A stretch of 20,000 bases of DNA. Source: an uncultured virus (IMG/VR IMGVR_UViG_3300022752_000050) (Duplodnaviria > Heunggongvirae > Uroviricota > Caudoviricetes). Where the stretch lies: IMG/VR virus record IMGVR_UViG_3300022752_000050; one strand, written 5' to 3'. Each line of letters opens with the position of its first letter. Position 1 is the first letter of the stretch. Below the pieces are notes generated by a model. That model was not told the DNA's origin. It worked only from the letters and a program-made list of their open reading frames with translations, and searched no databases. Positions 1 through 9,266 of the stretch are shown here, one piece after another. Position numbers and translations under genes: made by a program.

Positions 1-378
1 AACTTGAACCAATGGAGGAGTTTGATAACCAAATCCACCACTCACCAAATCAACTGCAAGAATTACTCCATTTTTATCAATAACTGGATTTCCCTCTGCC
101 CCAATTCCTTGCCCACCAAAAAAATTAATCAAAGGTGCAGTGCAAGGTAATTGTCCAGTATTACAAGGATTAGATCGCAAAGTATCTTGTATTGCTAATT
201 GATTTACCTGATCAATATTTAAATATTTTAATTGCCCATCACCATTTCTAAAAATAAAAGTAGTTCCTGGATTTAATTTTTCATGTAAATTTGCCTGAGA
301 AATTGTAAGATCACTAATATATCCCTCAGTTTTACTAATATATCCAACTCTAAGAACTGAATTAGGATTGATTGTCAT
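1..378 (-). CDS. Virion structural / baseplate hub-associated protein, N-terminal part (runs off window start)
   Basis: Manual translation from ATG at 378 (RBS AGGAGA upstream): MTINPNSVLRVGYISKTEG...PCTAPLINFFGGQGIGAEGNPVIDKNGVILAVDLVSGGFGYQTPPLVQV, open to position 1. The V-D-x-x-S-G-G-x-G-Y-x-x-P-P-x-V module is typical of cyanophage structural proteins. Not in the ORF track. Confidence 0.8.
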   Translation of the reverse strand, partial: MTINPNSVLRVGYISKTEGYISDLTISQANLHEKLNPGTTFIFRNGDGQLKYLNIDQVNQLAIQDTLRSNPCNTGQLPCTAPLINFFGGQGIGAEGNPVIDKNGVILAVDLVSGGFGYQTPPLVQV

Positions 379-388
379 TATATTTCTC

Positions 389-2131
389 CTATCCTATGTC
401 TGATGGTAAGGTATATGTCACTTCTGCTTCTGTTCCTGCTCCAGTAAGTGTTCCTCCACCCGTTGCTGATGCTAAACTTGCTTCATATTTTGCTTGTCCT
501 TTTGTAGTGGTTACAGCAACATTACCTGGACTTGGTTCATCTTTAGATGGTTGTCCACTTCCACCAGATTTCATTGTATGAGTATCATTTGGAGAAAATA
601 CTGGTTCTGGATCACAACCAAACATTTTCATAATCGCACTAACAAAGTTAAGAGCAGATGCCATATCAAATCCACCTCCAATTCCACCAAGATCACCTAA
701 GCTTCCAAGACCTCCGCTTAAATTGCCAAGACCACCAGCACCACCCAAACCTCCTATTCCACCAAGAGCACCAATATTGCCTTGCGATATTCCATCAATA
801 GTATTGACCACTGAAGTAGCAGCACCCAAACCTGTATTTGTAACATCAAAAGCAGTACTTGCATAATTTAATCCAGGAATATTTGGAGAACTGATTCCGC
901 CAGATGAAGTTGAGTATGATGGTGAATCACTTGTTCCAAGACCATACTCATTTAATACATTATTAACTCCATCAAAAATAGGAATCATTCCTGCGTTTAC
1001 ACCCTGAACAATTTCATTAACATATTTTCCAACAATATCTCCAACAATTTCCTCTACAGAACAAATTGGGTCTGGTTGATAATAACCCGCTGGTGGAAGT
1101 GGGGGAAGAGGATCACCACCTCTTCTTGCAATGGCATCATTAATTGATTTCTTTGCATCATCACATAAATTTAATCCGATTTTATTAAAAATACAAGAAA
1201 TAAGTTCCAATGCTTTAATAACTTTATCCAAAAATTTAATCGTAGTTGTTGGTGGAGCGATTTTAAAAATTGGTTCCATAATTTTGGAAAACAAATCACT
1301 AATAAAATCTCTGATCGATTGAATAATCGTCATTAGAAATTTAGCAATTTCACAAGCAGCATCTTGAATTGCATTAGCAATTGCTGATGCACCACCTGCT
1401 AAACTACTTACAGCGCCAGCATATGTTTGTAGTGCTGCTTGATATTGTTGTAATTTTGCAGTTAAATTTTCAAGAACTGTTTTAATCCCTTTCATCGGGG
1501 ATTGTTTTTGTGGATCAGGACATGCAAGAGCGTGTTTCTTTTCTAAAACTTTTGTTTTTTTCTTATCTGCAGCATTTTCTAAGTTTGGTGATGTTGGACT
1601 ATTGACCGCAGGAGAAATACCAGGTTTTGGTTGTTCTGTTTTTAAATTTTGATCTGAAGTAAGTTGTAAATTTGGATCAGGATCTTTGCCACCTAAACCA
1701 CTTTGAGATGTAAAATTTTGTCCCCCTTCTGCTCCAGTAGCACTTTCTTGATCAATCTGAGCATTTGCCCCCAAAAGTCCCATAATCACGGGAACTTGTT
1801 GATCCTGCCCATCCATGAAAAATCCAAAAACAAAATTTCCTTGACGAATTGCTGGAGTTTGCCATGATCCACCTTGTCCACCCCCAGCAGTGATGGGATA
1901 CATGACTTGTGCCCAAGGTAATTGATCGGATTTTAATGTTTGTTCCTCTTGATCATGTAATCCAATGATTCTGATTTTGTATCGATATCCCCAACCTTTA
2001 ATATCTTTTGTGCTTTTAATTTTTTCTTGATTAACATTATCTCTCCACTCCTTATCATCAACTACTTGACCAACCCACCATAAAAAATTACCACCCAAAA
2101 ATCCTGGATTAAAAAGAGCACCACCTTGCAT
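389..2131 (-). CDS. gp5: Baseplate hub subunit gp5-like (N-terminal OB-fold; no lysozyme domain visible)
   Basis: WWVGQV...YRYKIRIIGLH...LPWAQVMYP...FVFGFFMDGQDQQVPVIMG matches the T4 gp5 OB-fold N-terminus; followed by helical and Gly-rich regions. Confidence 0.88.
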   Translation of the reverse strand: MQGGALFNPGFLGGNFLWWVGQVVDDKEWRDNVNQEKIKSTKDIKGWGYRYKIRIIGLHDQEEQTLKSDQLPWAQVMYPITAGGGQGGSWQTPAIRQGNFVFGFFMDGQDQQVPVIMGLLGANAQIDQESATGAEGGQNFTSQSGLGGKDPDPNLQLTSDQNLKTEQPKPGISPAVNSPTSPNLENAADKKKTKVLEKKHALACPDPQKQSPMKGIKTVLENLTAKLQQYQAALQTYAGAVSSLAGGASAIANAIQDAACEIAKFLMTIIQSIRDFISDLFSKIMEPIFKIAPPTTTIKFLDKVIKALELISCIFNKIGLNLCDDAKKSINDAIARRGGDPLPPLPPAGYYQPDPICSVEEIVGDIVGKYVNEIVQGVNAGMIPIFDGVNNVLNEYGLGTSDSPSYSTSSGGISSPNIPGLNYASTAFDVTNTGLGAATSVVNTIDGISQGNIGALGGIGGLGGAGGLGNLSGGLGSLGDLGGIGGGFDMASALNFVSAIMKMFGCDPEPVFSPNDTHTMKSGGSGQPSKDEPSPGNVAVTTTKGQAKYEASLASATGGGTLTGAGTEAEVTYTLPSDIG

Positions 2132-2136
2132 TTAAA

Positions 2137-2355
2137 TTAATCCTCGTAAATCCTACACTCTGATGCATCTGGATGTTCATCACAATACATCTCAAATGCT
2201 GTTGGATCATGATCCTCATCGGGATGATTTGCCTGATATTTTTCAAGATGATCTAGTTCATCCTCAACATGACGACGCATTTGCGGAGATAAGGTTGAAT
2301 CATCCAATTTATCTCTATCGTCATTAATGTGTTGTTGAATGCTTTTTGTTGTCAT
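2137..2355 (-). CDS. cp12: CP12 Calvin-cycle regulatory protein (phage auxiliary metabolic gene)
   Basis: 72 aa, acidic, with C-terminal motif FEMYCDEHPDASECRIYED (C-x8-C pair) characteristic of CP12; start overlaps the upstream stop (ATGA). Confidence 0.92.
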   Translation of the reverse strand: MTTKSIQQHINDDRDKLDDSTLSPQMRRHVEDELDHLEKYQANHPDEDHDPTAFEMYCDEHPDASECRIYED

Positions 2356-3695
2356 AATGGAATCCTACTTGTGTGATTACCTTTTCTTCCAAAAGAATCT
2401 CTAACCAAGTTTAATTTAGTAAACGTTTGAGTTTGAGAAATATAGTGACATAAATCAGCTATAATATATAGACCTCCATACTCTTTGTTTACTTCATTAG
2501 ATTTTTCTGATCTAAGACCAGGAGTATCTAAAAAGATGACATCTCCAGCATGTAAACTAAAATCTCCAGCAATGGTAATTGTCTGCATTCCAGCAAACAT
2601 TTGATTATAACGACGAATTGCCTGATTTAAAACTTTTTGTGCTTCAAAATTTTGTTCGGTTGATTTATCAATTTGTTGTTGAGTGCTTCCAGAGGGAAGA
2701 GTTCCTCTGTCAATCAACATGTATGTCGTGCGGGTAAACTGACTTTTAAATTTATCATTAAATTTTGGAAGATCTTTAGCAGCAAGATTAGTTCCTTTCT
2801 TAGATTCATCTGCTGTTTGTTTAATCACTTCATAATAACAATTAAATGGATCAAAACAAACTAAACGAGTTCCATAAGCACCCATCTGAAACTTTTCTTG
2901 AGCATTTACAGAATTATCTGATTGTTGTTCCAAAACTTTACCATCATATCCTGCAGGAACTTTTCCATCTTTATCCGTGGATTCATTATATATTAATGAC
3001 TTTTTTTTCTCTTGTGCAAACAATCCATCAATTGATTTAAATTTAAATCCATCAGCAGTTTCAAAGAAAAAGAATCCTGCGCTATCACCCTTTTTTCCAT
3101 CTTTTCCTGGAACCGATGCTTTTGACAACCAATTTAGCGTATAATAAGGTTTGCGATTATTGCCAATAAAATTATAGTTATTACTTGTTTCCTCGATATC
3201 CAATTTTTTCTTTGTATTTAAAAACTTTTTATCAGTTAAAATTTGTTTAATATGATTAGATATTTTTCCATCAAATCTAATATTTAATCTAATCTGCTCA
3301 TTCCTTAAGAATTCTTCAGATACTAGACTAATCATAACTCTAGATTTTCTAGTATCCTCATAAGCTGGTGTCACTTTATTGACGTATAGTTTTGTTTTTA
3401 TTGTATTATCATTATTATCGGTAAATACCAAATTAACCTCTTCAGTTCCAACCAAAGGAAGTCCCTCAATCGTTGATTTATTGTCAATAGCACCACCAGT
3501 ATCATCAAAGATTACTTCTGCTTTTACTGTATCTTGTAAAATGCTTTCATAATACATTAACCTAACAAGTCTTGGTCCAGGTGCTTGAGTTCCACCCAAC
3601 AAACTTACAACTTTGCTTGGATCTTTATTTGATTTAATTTCTGCTTTAGTTATAAAGGAAGATCTAGCGTTCCTTGATACGTTTGCCTGTGCCAT
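2352..3695 (-). CDS. Baseplate hub structural protein (gp27-like / phage late control D-like)
   Basis: 447 aa with motifs YYESIL, GFFFFETADGFKFKSID, ITIAGDFSLHAGDVI and GLYIIADLCHYI, resembling the hub/GPD fold; position between gp5 and the tape-measure-like genes; RBS AGGAG. Confidence 0.7.
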   Translation of the reverse strand: MAQANVSRNARSSFITKAEIKSNKDPSKVVSLLGGTQAPGPRLVRLMYYESILQDTVKAEVIFDDTGGAIDNKSTIEGLPLVGTEEVNLVFTDNNDNTIKTKLYVNKVTPAYEDTRKSRVMISLVSEEFLRNEQIRLNIRFDGKISNHIKQILTDKKFLNTKKKLDIEETSNNYNFIGNNRKPYYTLNWLSKASVPGKDGKKGDSAGFFFFETADGFKFKSIDGLFAQEKKKSLIYNESTDKDGKVPAGYDGKVLEQQSDNSVNAQEKFQMGAYGTRLVCFDPFNCYYEVIKQTADESKKGTNLAAKDLPKFNDKFKSQFTRTTYMLIDRGTLPSGSTQQQIDKSTEQNFEAQKVLNQAIRRYNQMFAGMQTITIAGDFSLHAGDVIFLDTPGLRSEKSNEVNKEYGGLYIIADLCHYISQTQTFTKLNLVRDSFGRKGNHTSRIPL

Positions 3696-3714
3696 ATTTT
3701 ATGTCTCCTTCTTA

Positions 3715-3722
3715 TATTTAAC
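3715..3722 (-). promoter_or_regulatory. T4-type late promoter-like motif (GTTAAATA)
   Basis: TAAATA core overlapping the stop codon of the 974-aa gene, about 20 nt upstream of the hub gene ATG. Confidence 0.55.
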
Positions 3723-6642
3723 CACCCTTGTATAAAATATCCATTGGGTTTGAAGTTTCTCCCGAAGAAGACATACTTACAAGATTAGCCTCAACATCAC
3801 TATCATCTCCCATTGATTCTTGCATAGGTAAAGCAGAAGCAATAATTGTTTGTGGTGACATTGCATCATAAGGAGCATATTGTTGTATTGCTTTCATCAC
3901 TCCTTTATAGTCTTTTGCTTGGTTAATGGCAAGAAGCATATCTCTTGCAGGAGGAACACTGTTGCCATCTATGACAATTTCTTCTTGATTTTTATCGCCC
4001 AGTACTGCCAAATGTGGGTAATTTGGTGTTATACCCCCATTGCCATATGCTTTTGCGATTGTTGGATTGAAAGATCCGCCAAGAAATTCTTTTAATGCCT
4101 TCCTAACTTTTGCAGATCCACTATATTCTCGTGATCCAATAGAACCAGATCCTCCCCATTGACTTCCAGGAATGTCGAAGGCTCTCCCGACATAATGAAG
4201 AGATCCTGGATTATGTCCCTCACGAACATTAAGTTCAGTAACTTGAAATCCTTTGGATTTGAAAAAATTAAATGCTCTTTGAGTTGTCTCTTTGTCCTTA
4301 AATGCCAAGTGATCGTGATAGTTGTCAGGTGTTCCATGTCCAGATTTATCAAACTTTCCAAAAGGAGTATTGGGATCACCAGTTATATATTGTGAAAGAA
4401 TTCCACCAACTCCACCTTTATCCGCTCCAGTAATATCCATGCTGCCAGGAATTTCATATCCTTTTTGAGTCTTATATTTTTGCAATCCAGCAAGATATTG
4501 GGCATGTATTTTTGGTCCTTTATCATTCTGAATATATCCCGCAGGTCTTTCCCAGTTTCTCATCCACCAATCAGCAGCATCTTGTGGTGATGAAAAGTTT
4601 TGTGTAAAGTATTGTGGAGCAACATCTTCTTTTATAGCAAAGTCAATTTGACCTTTCCAATTAGTTGCATAATCTGGTACTGCTCTCAAAAATGCAGATT
4701 TTCTACCACCACTAGAGTACTGAAATAAACCAACTCCAGGTCCACCAAATTCTGAAACACCAGGTTTAAATCCACTTTCCCTATGAATATTTGCCATAAT
4801 ACCAAGTGCATGATTATCACTCATTCCTTTTGAGAGAAGATATTTGTATATGTCACCCTGAAGTCCTGTTGGAGAAAATTCTCCTGCTGTTCCACCAACA
4901 TTTTCTCCTTCACCTTTAGTACCTTCTTCATATTTTTTCTTTTCTGCATTCTCACGTATCATTCTTAAAGTTCTTTGGGCATTACTTTCAATCTCACCTT
5001 GGAATGTTTTTGCTACCCAATTACTAATATCCCCACCAGTTTCAGCAGCAGATAAAACGTCTGGATCTACAAGACCACCCTCAGCAAAAGCAGCAACAAT
5101 ACCACCTTTTAATTGTTTGTCTTGTATTCCTTTTGCAATTAATAAGTTAAGACCACGCCCAACATTTTGATAGTCTTGTTGAGATGGTTTTTGCCCTGCA
5201 GTGATCTTTGATGAAATTGCAAGAATAGGTCCAAAATAATCAGTTTTTCCAAGTTCTTCACCAGTATCTTTAACAGTTTTAAATGGATTTATTGCATTTG
5301 CAACTTTTTGTGCAGATGCAAGTGGGTTTGGAAATATTCCAAATAACTTATCTTTTCCACCAATGTCTGCGCCAGGAGAAGATATTTCTACCTTTCCAGG
5401 TTTTTGTGGTATTGTTCGTCTATACTTTCCTTTTTTAGAATCTATCGTTCTCTTTACACCCCCCTGCACTCTTCCTCCACGAGATACAGGTGCTCTTCCA
5501 CCACCAGCCATTCCAGGAACTGATGGTCCACCAAATGCTTTTACAATATCACTAACTAATAATACAGCATCAATACCCATTGATATTGAAGTAGCAACTC
5601 CAGCAACTAGTTCTAAAAGCCCGCCTGCTGGTAGACCAACTCCAGTGGCAGCAGCTGCTAATCCAGCGACAGCAACAGATCCAGCAAAAGCATCAAGAGC
5701 TGCGCCAATTCTTGCCATCCATCCACCAAGTTGTTCACCTCTTGCAAATCTTGATCTAGCGTCCATTTCACCAAATGCTGCACCAGCAAAAGGTATTGCA
5801 GCACCAGCAAATTTTGAAAGAGGTCCTGCTAGTTTGGCAAAAGGACCACCTTTTAATTTTGAGGTTATTTTTTGCCACCACTTTGGACCCTTTGGACCGG
5901 TATCTCCAGTAATTCTTGGTCTTCCTGTTGGTTTTTGACCTCCTCTACCTTGAGTTACATTTGGTTTACCTCTAGGTCCTTTTCCTGGTTTACCAAACCC
6001 ACCACCTCCAGCAGTAGCCATTCCAACAATGATTGCCAGATTTAAGAATTGATTTAAAAGTCCAGCAAATTTGTCAAATTCTTTTGCTTGATTTTCGCCA
6101 AACAAATTTTTCATAAACCCACGAGTGGCATCATATGCTTTATATCCCCAATCAATAAAAGTTACAAGTCCATTTAATAGTTTTCCTCCAATATTAATAA
6201 CAAAATCTGCCGCACCCGCCAATACTTTTACAAATGGCATTAACTTTGGAAGATGATCAATCATTCTAATAGCAAAATATCCTAAAATAGTTTTACCAAT
6301 AAAATTTTTTATCCACTCCAAAAATCCCATTTTTGGGAGACCTGTCTTTTTAACATCATCTTTCTTCATATCAGATTTTTTTTCCAAATCCGATTCTAAC
6401 TTTTCCCTTCTAGATTCACTATCTCTTCTCTTTTTTTCATCAAGATTTTTCTTTCTAGAGACAAGAGTCCCCTTCATTATATCTTCAATTTGTATAACTT
6501 TTACTCGGATAATACCTACATTTTTAATTGATGTTTCTGATAAAGAAACAACCACAGAATTTTTTTTAATGGTCTTTGACACTTTTGCAAGTGCTCCACC
6601 ACTAGTTCCTGAAGGTAAAAATTTTTGAGCATTAATTGCCAT
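3718..6642 (-). CDS. Tape-measure-like tail protein with phage tail lysozyme domain and Zn-peptidase (M15/LAS-like) domain
   Basis: Charged coiled N-terminus and hydrophobic/Ala-Gly-rich middle. ALGIMANIHRESGF...GLFQY...GQIDF...WERP (about 4520-4860) is Phage_lysozyme2-like; HNPGSLHYVGRAFD (4171-4215) is an H-x6-D Zn motif. Confidence 0.8.
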   Translation of the reverse strand: MAINAQKFLPSGTSGGALAKVSKTIKKNSVVVSLSETSIKNVGIIRVKVIQIEDIMKGTLVSRKKNLDEKKRRDSESRREKLESDLEKKSDMKKDDVKKTGLPKMGFLEWIKNFIGKTILGYFAIRMIDHLPKLMPFVKVLAGAADFVINIGGKLLNGLVTFIDWGYKAYDATRGFMKNLFGENQAKEFDKFAGLLNQFLNLAIIVGMATAGGGGFGKPGKGPRGKPNVTQGRGGQKPTGRPRITGDTGPKGPKWWQKITSKLKGGPFAKLAGPLSKFAGAAIPFAGAAFGEMDARSRFARGEQLGGWMARIGAALDAFAGSVAVAGLAAAATGVGLPAGGLLELVAGVATSISMGIDAVLLVSDIVKAFGGPSVPGMAGGGRAPVSRGGRVQGGVKRTIDSKKGKYRRTIPQKPGKVEISSPGADIGGKDKLFGIFPNPLASAQKVANAINPFKTVKDTGEELGKTDYFGPILAISSKITAGQKPSQQDYQNVGRGLNLLIAKGIQDKQLKGGIVAAFAEGGLVDPDVLSAAETGGDISNWVAKTFQGEIESNAQRTLRMIRENAEKKKYEEGTKGEGENVGGTAGEFSPTGLQGDIYKYLLSKGMSDNHALGIMANIHRESGFKPGVSEFGGPGVGLFQYSSGGRKSAFLRAVPDYATNWKGQIDFAIKEDVAPQYFTQNFSSPQDAADWWMRNWERPAGYIQNDKGPKIHAQYLAGLQKYKTQKGYEIPGSMDITGADKGGVGGILSQYITGDPNTPFGKFDKSGHGTPDNYHDHLAFKDKETTQRAFNFFKSKGFQVTELNVREGHNPGSLHYVGRAFDIPGSQWGGSGSIGSREYSGSAKVRKALKEFLGGSFNPTIAKAYGNGGITPNYPHLAVLGDKNQEEIVIDGNSVPPARDMLLAINQAKDYKGVMKAIQQYAPYDAMSPQTIIASALPMQESMGDDSDVEANLVSMSSSGETSNPMDILYKGG

Positions 6643-6647
6643 TTATT

Positions 6648-9089
6648 TTACCTCATCAACCCAAGAGTTTCGGTTTTTGATCTCTGTCCTGGTGATCCTG
6701 CAGTAAAGTTTGGAACTGTAGTCTTAGGAGCACTATTTTTTTTATTTTTTAAACGTGATGGAACTGGAGGACCATAAACAACTTTTGGTTGTGGTTTTGC
6801 GGGTGGTTTAACTGGTTTTGCAACTGGTTTTGATTTTTTTATTTGTGCTGGTGGTCTTTTAACTGTTCCAATTTTAATTCTAGACCCAAGAGCTCTTTGA
6901 TTTAACCACCCAATATCTTGAGCAAATCTTCCTGCCATCGATGCTCCATAATAAGCAGCATCACTCAAAGATCCTTTTAATAATCCTTTTTTTGCCATTC
7001 CAGCGTATTCAGAAACTGATTTATTAAAATTATATCGGTCATCCGTGTATAAAGTATTACCCTTACCTTCTGTTGATGCAGAAAATCTTCCTAAAATAGA
7101 ATTAAATGCTTTTCCTCCTGGTCCAAGTTTATCTGTATATGCTCCACCACCACGACCACCTTTATTAATATCTTCCTGGTTCCAATTCATTTTAATTTGA
7201 CCAGTTTTTGGATCAGTAATTAATCCATGTTTCTTGGCAGTAAGATCAATTGTTTGTTGTCTCATTTTGTCAACTTCTTTATTTGACATAATTTTAAAAG
7301 GTTTGCCTAAAGGACCTAGCATTGCCTTTACAAAAGTCAAGTTTCTCATCATTTTTGCATTACCTGATGGAATAGGAATTAATCCCTTATCCATCATTTC
7401 CCTAAAAGGACCCTCAGGAAGATTTTTAACAAATTTGTCACTAAATGTAATAAGTTTATCCTGTACCTTATTTGATGTATCAGAGAAATTTTCATATCCC
7501 TTTGACGATGTTCCTTTTTCTATTCTACCAAAAATTCCTGCACCAGTATTAACAACATTTTTTTTAGTAGAATTTAATGTTTTCTGGGCAGAATTTAATA
7601 TATTTTTTTGTAAATTTGGATCATTGACAGTATTATTCACTTGATTATAAATTCCACTTGCACCGCCTGCAGCAGAAGTTAAAAGATTTCCTGCATCTTT
7701 TTGCAACTTTGTCCCTTGACTCATGACTGCATTATATGCATTATTACCAACTCCAGAAAGATTGACCCCAGTTTTTCTTGCCAAATCATTTGCCCATTTA
7801 TATTGTGAGGACAATCCTCTAATAATTTCATTAACAACTGGTTTTAAATTTCCACCAGATAATCTATCAGCTCCTTCATATAACTTGCCTATTAATCCTC
7901 CGCCTGCAGCATAAGTAGTTCCACTCATAATTTTAGGTCTATTCGTTCCTCCGCCAGCAGCGTTCATTGCAGATAGTGTATCTGCACCATACATCTGAAC
8001 TGCACCACGAGACATCACAAATTCACCGTCACTTAACATCGCAGGGATTTTATCTACACCCTTTTGACCACTTACATATCCGGGATACCCACCACCATCA
8101 AGACCAAAAAATCTCCTTAGACTTGCAAGACCACCACCACGAAATCTTCTTGGTCTTACATACCCACCACCTGCCAATTGTTGTGTTGGTTGTTTATCTG
8201 ATGAATTAAGAGCTTGATTTGTTAAGTATGTTGTTGCACCTAAAGCAAGTGCTGCAGTTGCTGGATTTCTTCTTGCAAGAGAAATTAATCCAGGAATTGC
8301 TTTTGTTGCAAGTTGAACTCCAAATCTTGCTACCGTAAAAATAATTTTTGTAGTAAATCTTCCAAAAGAATTTCCGAATATAATATATGCGCCAAGCAAA
8401 GCAGGCCACCAGTCTCCTAGAAATCTTATTACAGATTTAACTTTACCTGCATTTTTTGGATCACCAAACCATTCTATCAGTTTATATAAAACCCTTCCGA
8501 AGAAAACCTTGACTAAAAATCCAAATATTTTGTCCAGAATACCTTTTACTGGAGCAATAATTTTTTCTGCTGCTTTTTTTAATCCCTCAAATCTCTTCTC
8601 AAGTTTATTTTCCGAAACTGCTCTCCTTTGCTGCTCCGACCTTCTTCTATCATACGCTGCTTCCTCAGATGCTAAACCTGCCTGTTGTCTCATCATCTCT
8701 GCAATAGAGACAACAGAACTTGTTATAGCAGCAATATTTTGATCTAAACTTTTTGCAATTGATGATTTACCAATTGCCATTCCAGGTAATGCTTTTGTTG
8801 CTTTACCACCTGGTAATTGTTTTCCACCTATCGAAAAAGATTTTGCTGTTATTTTTTTAGTCTTAACTTTAAATCTACCTTTATCTTTTTTTGTTTTTAC
8901 TCTTTTATATTCTTCATCAAGTAACATTATTTCTTCAGTAGGAATTGTTTTTTTAACCATCCTACCCTTAACCATTGCCTCTTTAAGAAGAGTCAAATAA
9001 GTTTCATAATCTAAGTCAAAAACATCCTCCAGACCAATCAGTCTTAGTATCCTTGGATCAATAGTTTCTGATTGATTAGAAGTGGGCAT
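6648..9089 (-). CDS. Tape-measure-like / baseplate hub (gp29-like) structural protein
   Basis: 813 aa; coiled-coil, then amphipathic/hydrophobic segments, then GYVSGQKGVDKIPAMLSDGEFVMSRGAV motif typical of tape-measure proteins; directly downstream of gp26/gp51. Confidence 0.7.
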   Translation of the reverse strand: MPTSNQSETIDPRILRLIGLEDVFDLDYETYLTLLKEAMVKGRMVKKTIPTEEIMLLDEEYKRVKTKKDKGRFKVKTKKITAKSFSIGGKQLPGGKATKALPGMAIGKSSIAKSLDQNIAAITSSVVSIAEMMRQQAGLASEEAAYDRRRSEQQRRAVSENKLEKRFEGLKKAAEKIIAPVKGILDKIFGFLVKVFFGRVLYKLIEWFGDPKNAGKVKSVIRFLGDWWPALLGAYIIFGNSFGRFTTKIIFTVARFGVQLATKAIPGLISLARRNPATAALALGATTYLTNQALNSSDKQPTQQLAGGGYVRPRRFRGGGLASLRRFFGLDGGGYPGYVSGQKGVDKIPAMLSDGEFVMSRGAVQMYGADTLSAMNAAGGGTNRPKIMSGTTYAAGGGLIGKLYEGADRLSGGNLKPVVNEIIRGLSSQYKWANDLARKTGVNLSGVGNNAYNAVMSQGTKLQKDAGNLLTSAAGGASGIYNQVNNTVNDPNLQKNILNSAQKTLNSTKKNVVNTGAGIFGRIEKGTSSKGYENFSDTSNKVQDKLITFSDKFVKNLPEGPFREMMDKGLIPIPSGNAKMMRNLTFVKAMLGPLGKPFKIMSNKEVDKMRQQTIDLTAKKHGLITDPKTGQIKMNWNQEDINKGGRGGGAYTDKLGPGGKAFNSILGRFSASTEGKGNTLYTDDRYNFNKSVSEYAGMAKKGLLKGSLSDAAYYGASMAGRFAQDIGWLNQRALGSRIKIGTVKRPPAQIKKSKPVAKPVKPPAKPQPKVVYGPPVPSRLKNKKNSAPKTTVPNFTAGSPGQRSKTETLGLMR

Positions 9090-9264
9090 TGCTCATCTGT
9101 TGTTTTTGTTTTAACTCTTCTTCTTCAAGATGTTGTTGTAATAAAGCAACATAGATGTCCCTTTCCCAAGGCATCCAATTCTCAATTTCTGTTAATGAAT
9201 ATTTATGATACTGCATTAACGAAAAATTTAATCGGAAATAATTCTCAAGGTCCATGTGGACCAT
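9076..9264 (-). CDS. gp51: Baseplate hub assembly catalyst gp51-like (small cyanophage form)
   Basis: LENYFRLNFSLMQYHKYSLTEIENWMPWERDIYVALL motif; follows gp26; no clear RBS. Confidence 0.85.
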   Translation of the reverse strand: MVHMDLENYFRLNFSLMQYHKYSLTEIENWMPWERDIYVALLQQHLEEEELKQKQQMSNAHF

Positions 9265-9266
9265 CG

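Noticed and set aside
680..800. Gly-rich repeats (GGLG/GGIG) in gp5 as a DNA repeat or DGR target
   Set aside because: Protein-level low complexity with divergent codons; no template/variable repeat pair and no reverse transcriptase.
5363..5938. 191-aa plus-strand ORF (similar cases at 372-581, 7234-7644, 10500-10799, 15034-15487 and others)
   Set aside because: Antisense shadows of well-supported minus-strand genes; no RBS or recognisable motifs.
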